64,000 nucleotides of DNA from Eledone cirrhosa (taxonomy: Eukaryota): NCBI GenBank assembly GCA_964016885.1, contig OZ024742.1, positions 236,778,001-236,842,000 on the forward strand, written 5' to 3'. The position numbers were made by a program, and so were the translations under genes. The notes below the pieces were generated by a model. It saw only the letters and a list, made by a program, of their open reading frames with translations. It was not told where the DNA came from and made no database searches. Of this stretch, positions 56,101-64,000 are shown in pieces (the stretch's first letter is position 1; each line of letters opens with the position of its first letter).

Positions 56101-56710
56101 TGTATGTATGTATGTATGTATGTATGTATATACATATTGCCTTATGTAACTTCGTTTATCTATTCTCAGGTCTTTAAGCCTGTAAATACCTTGATTTAAA
56201 GCAAGCAATATGGTTGAGATAAACAATGTTTATTCGCTAAAACGAACCAAGAAATAATGTGATTTATATAAGGATGAAGAATTCGTAAAATGCTTGGCGA
56301 CGTAAAAGACATAAAATTGGATTTAGAGAAGAGTCGAAACTAAAAGCAATTTGTGTTCGATAGAAGTGTATTAACAAGAACAAATCAGCATTAAAAAGCT
56401 TTTATAAAAGGGTTTTATGTAGAACCAATTGTAATTGTGGGCGTCAGGAACGATAACAATTATATTTCAATTATTGATATATATGATGTAGGCGGCGAAT
56501 TGGCAGAGTCTTTGAGATATTAGTTCCAAATCTGTGCACTATGAGTTCAAATCCTTCCGAGGTCAACTTCGCTTGTCATTATTTCGAGGTCGATAAATAA
56601 AGTATTAGTCTAATGCAGATGTTAATTCTTCTTGTTTATATCTATCTAAATTTCTCTTTATTTCTATCTATCTTTTGACCTGTCTCTCCCTATATCTATC
56701 TATCTATCTA

Positions 56711-56981
56711 TGGGCCTTCTCTGTATATAAACCTGTAGGTTGAGGAAGACAAACAGAGGGAAGACGAGAGCACCTACAAAGCGTGCTCCTGGTGTTGAGG
56801 GTTGTTCTATCCACGGGGTGTAAAACAACCCCGCAGTAACGTTCCCCACAATTGGGGATTTCGATTGTTTTATTTTGTATATAGTTTATTGTTATTCATT
56901 ATTATTGTTAAAGATTTTATGTAAAACCCCCGCCGTCACGTCTTGCAATGTCCCATTGTTGTACTCCCTTGTGGTAAATAA

Positions 56982-57029
<48 letters not shown>

Positions 57030-57150
57030 GTTTTATTTTTATATTTTGTTATTGCCTCCTCCTTATTGAGGACGCCTTGTTTTGTAAACTCCCCCCATTG
57101 TACTTGTCCCACTTTTGATGCCTGGTGGCAAATAAAAGAAACATATCTGT
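56711..57150 (+). mobile_element. Two tandem Tx1 3'-end fragments separated and flanked by (TATC)n
   Basis: gggccttctctgtatataaacctgtag matches the ORF2 end (GP.LYINL*); AATAAA followed by (TATC)n. Confidence 0.8.
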
Positions 57151-57601
57151 ATAATTATCTCTGGAAGAAATCGGCTGAGCTCCGATCTAGAAAAGAATGG
57201 GCTGCTATGACTCCACTGAGAGTTAAGTGCCTATCCATGACTGTATCATTGACAAACGAAAACATGCTGTAATTCAACGTACAAAATGTCTTGTAGGAAT
57301 TAGTTCAATGCTTTTACTCTCAGAGTTCAAATCCAAGGGGAATCGCTTAGCATTTCATAAATTCAGGTTAGATATAATAAGGATGTGTCACGCAATGAAA
57401 ATTACGAAAATGAGTACCCTCCATACATACTACCAACACTGCCACTAGATCGCATTTAGTTAACATAAAAGACATCGCATTTAGTTGACATATATGACAC
57501 AAACAATCACAATTATACGTTTGATGTATGACTAATCCCTTGTGGGCAGCTACTTAACAGAGTTTACACACACGCACACACACACACACATATATATATG
57601 C

Positions 57602-57664
<63 letters not shown>

Positions 57665-57668
57665 GAGT

Positions 57669-60600
57669 GAGATAGATAGAGAGATATGTTTCTTTATTAG
57701 CCACAGGGGCACAAAAGAAGAGGACAAATACAAAGGGGAAGTTTACATACAATAAAAACGTGTAAAATATTATCACAAATGCAATTGAAAAGTTAATCGA
57801 TTTTACCCAATAGGGAGAGACAATGTGCAACCCTCATCTCCAGGATGTACCCCTTTACATCCTGGAGATGAGGGTTGCACATTTTTCCTCAACCTACAGG
57901 CTGATATAGAGAGAAGGCCCATTCACTCGGGCCATTCTCGCCACTTTCACCCACGTTTCATAAAACTTGCTGGGGTACAACATCTCTCTCTCCATCCTGA
58001 TTCTTCTTCCAACGTGGTATTTGAAAAAAAGAATCAGTTGTTGGCCGGAGAGAAAGGTGTCTGACCTGCGGTTTGATCATGACAATGGACTCGGTGGTCA
58101 ACCGGATTGGTCCCACCCGCGACACTAGTCGTTCTACATAGCCCCACAGGTCGGTAACGCCCGGGCAGTGTATGAATGCACGCGCGACGGTTTCTTCATC
58201 TCGCACGCACCTCGGACAGATCTTTTTCGAAGGGTCCCTGCCCGGGCGCCCATGTCTGTAGAGCTTGTCTCGAACTGGTAGAGCTCCTCAGTAGCACTGC
58301 CAGGCCAGGGACTTTTGGAAGTTGTCCATCGGTCCCGTGCGGAAAGTCCTACCGAACAGACTGGCCAGTTCGTCTTCCTCTACGCCTAGAGTTTCTCCGA
58401 CCGCGTCGTCGCACTTGCTGCGGATCAAACCTCTATAGAATGACGAAGTGGAGTCTCCACTGATCGCCGGGTCCGCCTGCCAGAGGGCTGTGAGCGCCTG
58501 AGCACATTCGATGTGCCAGTCACCCAATTTCCTCGGTCTTTGCTTGACCCAGGACTGCAGCTCGGTCAGTGAGACGAGTCGTGGGAAGGCTCGCCACACG
58601 AACGGGGCCCACACCGGTTGTCCGGTGAGGAATACGTAGAGATGCCGCAGCCTGAGCGCGTGTTTGCGCATAGTCAGCCACGGCATCCACAGCCCTCCGT
58701 TGGAAGGGTGTTGGCAGCAGATGGATCTTCTCACCAAAGGATCTCGCTTCTTCCAAAGGAATTGGAAGAGCGCGCGCTCCATTTTGGTGAGCGTTTTGGC
58801 TGGACAAGGCACGGCGGTCAAGCGGTAGTAGATGACGGACACTATAAAAGTGTTCGCCACCTCCGCTCGATCTTTCAAGGATAGTTTGCACTCGGCCCAC
58901 TTTTGCGTGAGTGCAAACACCTTGTCCGACACCTCATTCCAGTTTTTCTCCACCTGGAGGTCCGGACCAAACTATCCCCGAGCAGCTTTACCGGTCCTTC
59001 CGTCCAGCTTCGGACGACGCCATCGGAAGGCATCGGTTTGCCTCTCCACGATCCGAGTTGCAAACCGACGGACTTGTCCCGGTTCAGCTTCGCTCCTGTG
59101 AACCTTTCGTATTCCTTCAGTAAGGTGCCGACTTCCTCGATTTGCGAGGTACTCGACACCATTACTGTCACGTCGTCGGCGTAGGTCGACGCCGCTTTCT
59201 GCAGTGTCGGTTCTAGAGGGATGCCCTACAATACCTCCAGCTTCCGCAGTAATGATTCGAGCTATAGTACGTACAGAAGAGAGGAAAGAGGGCATCCCTG
59301 TCGGATGGATCGCGTGATATGGAACGGCTCCGAGAGGTAGCCGTTCACCTTGACCCTTGAGCAGATGTTGCTGTTGTACATTACAGCAATCCAGCCCTTG
59401 AACACGGGTCCGAAGCCTGCCGCCTCGAACACCGCATCCAGGTAACGATGGTCAACCCTATCGAAAGCCTTAGATTGATCCAAGTTGATCAGGGCCCCAC
59501 GGATGCCGGGTTTACACCCTACCCTCTCTATGATGTATCGCATGAGGTGGAGGTTGTCGTGTATGGACCTGGTAGAGATTGCGCCTGTCTGCGCTTCTCC
59601 CACCAGGTTTTCGGCGACAAGCGCCAGCCTCTGTGCCAATACCTTGGCCAAAATCTGTAACTCTGTGTTTAGCAGAGTTATGGGCCGGAAGTTGCCTATG
59701 TCATCCCCCTTATTCTCGTCCTTCCTGACTAGTGTGACTACGCCCCTGGTCACAGAACTGGGAATTATCCCATTCTGCTGCCAGTTGCAGTAGACCGCTT
59801 CCAGGAGACCGGAGAACAAGTCCCGCACTGCTACGTAAAATTCGTAGGGTAGACCGTCGAGACCTGAAGATTTGCGTTTGCCGCATTGGCTCAGCGCGTC
59901 CCCTATCTCAGCGGCTGAAATCGGCTTTTCGCAGAACTTCGCCTCGCTGTCCGAGAGTCGCGGTAGGCCGTCGAGGTATGGACCGAAATCCATAGCCCCT
60001 CCGGGCGCGCCGCCCTTCCCGAACAGCTGAGCAAATTCCCGCTGAAAGGCCACGCACATCTGCTTCGGCTCACGTATCACGCGTCCGTCTTGGTCCTTCA
60101 AAGACCGAATCGTGGACTTGTTACCACTTTTTACCTCCGTCACCCGGGCCCAGCTAACAGCTTTGGCTCCCTCGTTACCCAGAGCACGTATTTTGCTTCT
60201 GACAACGCAGCCGTCGTGCTTTGCGTCGAAGAACTGGTCCAAGGCCGTTCTCGTTGCTAGCACGCTGGCTGCGTTGCCACTTCTAATTGCCTCTTCTACT
60301 TTATCTATCAGTTCCTTCTCGGTCCTATTTCTATTTAAAGCTAATTCTTTACTAAAAACTAACGAGTCTAATCTAACTGCCCTCTTGAGAGAGTACCACC
60401 ATCTGTTGTTGACAATGGCCCCTGTCAAGTGCTGTTTAACTAAAGTACTAATCCGACTACTGTAGGCTTTGTATGTCGGTAACGCCAAGTTCAGCTTCCA
60501 GTAGCCGGGTCCCTGTCTATGGGTTCTATCAAGGTTGACCATGCAGGACACTAGTTTGTGATCTGAATAGGCAACCATGAACATTTGTGGACAGCTTAAC

Positions 60601-61922
60601 ATGTCCCTATCTTTATTTCTAATTAGAACCCTATCTAGGTATGATCTAGATGTTCCGCTACGATTAGTCCACGTCCACAGTGGCACAGTCGGAAAATCTA
60701 GTCGATATGTATCGGCCAGTTCAAATCTGCCGAATAAATGTTTGAGGCTGTTACCCCCCCCCCCCCCCCGTTATCGGGACATGCTCCCAAATAGTCCCAA
60801 CGTGCATCTAGGATTCTATTCAAGTGCCCCACTAAAAGCAAGGAGCGGGACGTTCCCAGAAAAGTCTCTAGACGTTTGAAGAAGTCTGGCCACGGTGTCC
60901 TGGATGGGGCATATGCGGCCACCAACCTGATAGCTCCACCTTCACTACCGTCAACGTCTAGGACCACCAGTCGACCCTCCCAGTCCAGATGTATCGTCTG
61001 TGTTACGAGGTCCAGGTGTTTCCGCAGCAAAACGGCAACCCCGCCCCCACCTCCCAGCTGACAGAGAGATGCGTAGATCTCAAAGTCGTCGAAGATGGGG
61101 GCCAGCTGTCGCTCGCTGTGGATCCTGGACTCACAAATGGCTACTACATCCATACTGTGCGACCTGAGGTCGTTTAATAGTTTGCCCTGTTTCCAGGGCA
61201 TCCCCAGGCCGCGTACATTCACACAACCAACTCTTATATTGGCCATGTTGGTGCTGAAAAGTTAAAAGAAGAGGAAAAGAAATCACTCACCTCTTCGTCT
61301 CCTGGGGACCAGGCTGCACGATTTCCATGGGGGTGTTGGAGTGGTTGTCTGGGTGGGTGGTGGTTTCCGGTGGGGTGGGGACGGAGATGTTTGATGGGGG
61401 GCGGTCTGATGAAGCGGGGGTGTCTGGGGTGAGGGTGGGGAAACATTTTTAAAAGGACGCGTTTAATGGGTTGAACACAAGGATTACCCACGTCCTTAGG
61501 AAAGTTTTCCTTTAAAGACTTATAGGTGTCTGTAGGGACCCTAATCATCTTTAAATTAGGTCTGTCTGCACAGTTCGAAAAAATTTCCCTTCGGCTTTCA
61601 CCGAAGGGTCGTGGGAGATGACCTCCATTAAAGTTTTGTTGTCACTGTTTATGTATGTGTAATGTTTTTGTTGTGTTGTGTTGGTTTTTGTCTGTTGTTC
61701 TTGTTTTGGTTATGTTTGCATGTTGATGTTGTTGTTGTGGTGGTGGTGGTGGTGGTGGTGGTGGTGGTGGTTGTGTTGTTGTTTTGGGTGTTGGGAGCTT
61801 CTTTTTTTTGCAGCTAGCTGAGGACAGTAAGCCTTCAGGTGACCACTGCTTAAACAGTGGTAACATGAAGGCCGCCTACCCTCAACAGAAATGTTTATGT
61901 ATGAAATTCCATCCAGAGGCAC
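57669..61922 (-). mobile_element. Near full-length degenerate Tx1-clade (L1 group) LINE
   Basis: ORF1 remnant with CCHC knuckle CYHCLSSGHLKAYC; ORF2 from 61246 with APE then RT; 3'UTR with AATAAA and GATA-type tail. Confidence 0.93.
57894..61246 (-). pseudogene. Tx1 ORF2 (AP endonuclease + RT + Cys-rich C-terminus), several frameshifts
   Basis: CVNVRGL, AICES, SYLDRV, YSDHK, GYWKLN, SGLDGL, NFRPITLLN, LDQSKAFDRV, RQGCPLS, YADD. Confidence 0.93.
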
Positions 61923-61924
61923 AT

Positions 61925-62387
61925 TCCTTTAGTAAGGTGCCGACTTCCTCGATTTGCGAGGCGCTCGACACCATTACTGTCACGTCGTCGGCGTAGGCCG
62001 ACGCCGCTTTCCGCAGTCCCGGTTCCAGAGGTATGCCCTGCAATAGCTCCAGCTTCCGCAGTAGTGGCTCGAGAGTCAGTACGTACAGAAGGGAGGAGAG
62101 AGGGCATCCCTGTCGAATGGATCGCGTAATATGGAACGGCTCCGAGAGGTAACCGTTCACCTTGACCCTTGAGCAGATGTTGCTGTTATGCATTGCAGCA
62201 ATCCAGCCCCTGAACACGGGTCCGAAGCCTGCCGCCTCGAGCACCGCATCCAGGTAACGATGGTCAACCCTATCGAAAGCCTTAGACTGATCCAAGTTGA
62301 TCAGGGCCCCACCGAATGTATCGCATGATGTATCGCATGAGGTGGAGGTTGTCGTGTATGGACCTGGTCGGGATCGCGCATGACTGG

Positions 62388-62388
<1 letters not shown>
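61925..62388 (-). pseudogene. Tx1 RT internal fragment nearly duplicating ~59110-59590
   Basis: LDQSKAFDRV...RQGCPLS...AYADDV; 5' end abuts (GATA)n at 62389-62456. Confidence 0.9.
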
Positions 62389-62456
<68 letters not shown>

Positions 62457-62457
<1 letters not shown>

Positions 62458-64000
62458 TATTTCTTTATTTACCATAAAGGCATAAAAAGAAGGGACAATA
62501 CAAAGGGGGAGTTTACATACAATCGAGTAAAAAGGGTATAAAATGAAAATAATCGAAAACAACCTCAAAAGGGAGGGGACGTGATGGGGGTTGCACACAC
62601 CCCCGAAAAAGTGTGCAATCCTTTGCCCGGGGAGCACATGGAGAAGGTGCTCCCCTCTCCTTCACTTCTTTACCTACAGGATGGTATACAGAGAACGCCT
62701 ATTTACACGAGCCATTCTCGCCACTATCACCCACCTTTCATAAAACTGGCTGTGGCCAAGCACCTCTCTCTGCATTCTTATCCTTCTTCCGAAGTGATAT
62801 CGGAAGATGTAGACCAGACTATGGCCAGAGAGGAAGTTGCCTGACCTCAGACCTTTCAATCGTGTCCACCAAACAACCTCTTTCAACATGGCTATTACGC
62901 ACAGAAAAACCGCCTTTGCTTCCTTTGTGAAGAGGGGAGGCGGTTTGATTGTCATCACGGACTCGGCGGTCAATTGAATCGGCGCCACCCGCGACAGCAG
63001 TCGTTCGGCGTAGCCCCACAGATCAGCCACACCCGGACATTGCACCAATGCGTGCGCAACGGTTTCTTCGTGACGCACGCATCTAGGGCAAATCTTTTTC
63101 GAGGGATCCCTGCCCGGGTGCCCGTGTCTGTAGAGCCTCTCTCGAACGGGTAGAGCCCCCCGGTAGCACTGCCAGGCTAGTGACTTCTGGAAGTTTTCCA
63201 TTGGTCCCGGGCCGAAAGTCCTACCGGACAGGCTGGCCAGTTCGTCCTCTTCCATGTCCAGCGACTCTCCAAGGGTGTCATCGCCCCTGCTAGCCACCAG
63301 CCCTCTATAGAATGATGAGGTGGATTCTCCACCGATGGCTTGGCCCGCTTGCCAGAGAGCCCTGAGCGCCTGAGCACACTCAGTGTGCCAGTCTCCCAGT
63401 TTTCCGGATCTTTGCTTGACCCAGGACTGCAGCTCGGTGAGCGAGACGAGTCTCGGAAAGGCTCGTTTCACGAACGGAGCCCACACCGGTTGACCAGTGA
63501 GGAATACCTGTAGGTGCCGTAGCCTTAATGCGTGCCTACGCATCATCAACCACGGCATCCCCAGCCCTCCTTTCGAAGGTTGTTGGCAGCAGATGGATCT
63601 TCTCACCATAGGAGGGCGCTTCTTCCAAAGAAATTGGAAGAGCATGCGTTCCATGGTGGTGAGTGTTTCCTTAGGGCAAGGCACGACAGTCAGGCGGTAG
63701 TAAGTGACGGACGCTATGTAAATGTTCGCCACCTGCGCCCGGCCTTTTAGGGACAGCTTACACTTGGCCCATTTCTGGGTTAGTGCAAAGACCTTGTTCG
63801 TAACCTCGTCCCAGTTCTTTTCCACCTGGAGGTCCGGTCCAAACCAGACCCCAAGCAACTTTACCGGGCCCTCCGTCCAGTGTCCGACGACACCGTCGGG
63901 AGGCATCGGTCTGCCTCTCCACGTTCCGAGTTGCAGCCCGATGGATTTTTCCCGGTTCAGTTTCGCTCCTGACAACCTTTCGTAATCCTCCAGTAAGGTA
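62457..64000 (-). mobile_element. Tx1 LINE 3' part; ORF2 open for more than 430 aa and running off the window
   Basis: ORF 62674..63975 uninterrupted; AATAAA and (TATC)n tail. Confidence 0.93.

Overview
AT-rich, microsatellite-laden animal genomic DNA with no recognisable host gene. The SINE families and (TA)n/(CA)n/(GATA)n load suggest a cephalopod (Octopus-like); that assignment is inference. The window is almost entirely transposon-derived. (1) A young, nearly intact Penelope-like retroelement (RT + C-terminal GIY-YIG, Naiad-like, 5436-12082) has a direct pseudo-LTR, a 2.2-kb inverted 3' copy and three type-I hammerhead ribozymes; two older PLEs share this architecture. (2) About 15 further hammerhead or hammerhead-like motifs lie in short, often palindromic PLE pLTR-type modules inside (TA)n tracts. 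One family shows compensatory stem changes, and several inversion junctions fall inside the ribozyme helices. (3) Several Tx1-clade LINE copies have both ends in (TATC)n, suggesting microsatellite targeting. (4) A 7-kb hotspot (22.4-29.6 kb) holds six full or partial copies of a 0.7-0.8-kb unit carrying two convergent tRNA-like Pol III modules with conserved upstream TATA and T-run terminators. (5) The rest comprises CRE-like, RTE, R4/Dong, mariner and hAT remnants, tRNA-SINEs and a 4.1-kb 12-mer satellite with higher-order structure. All folds and alignments were done by eye; coordinates of degenerate remnants are approximate.
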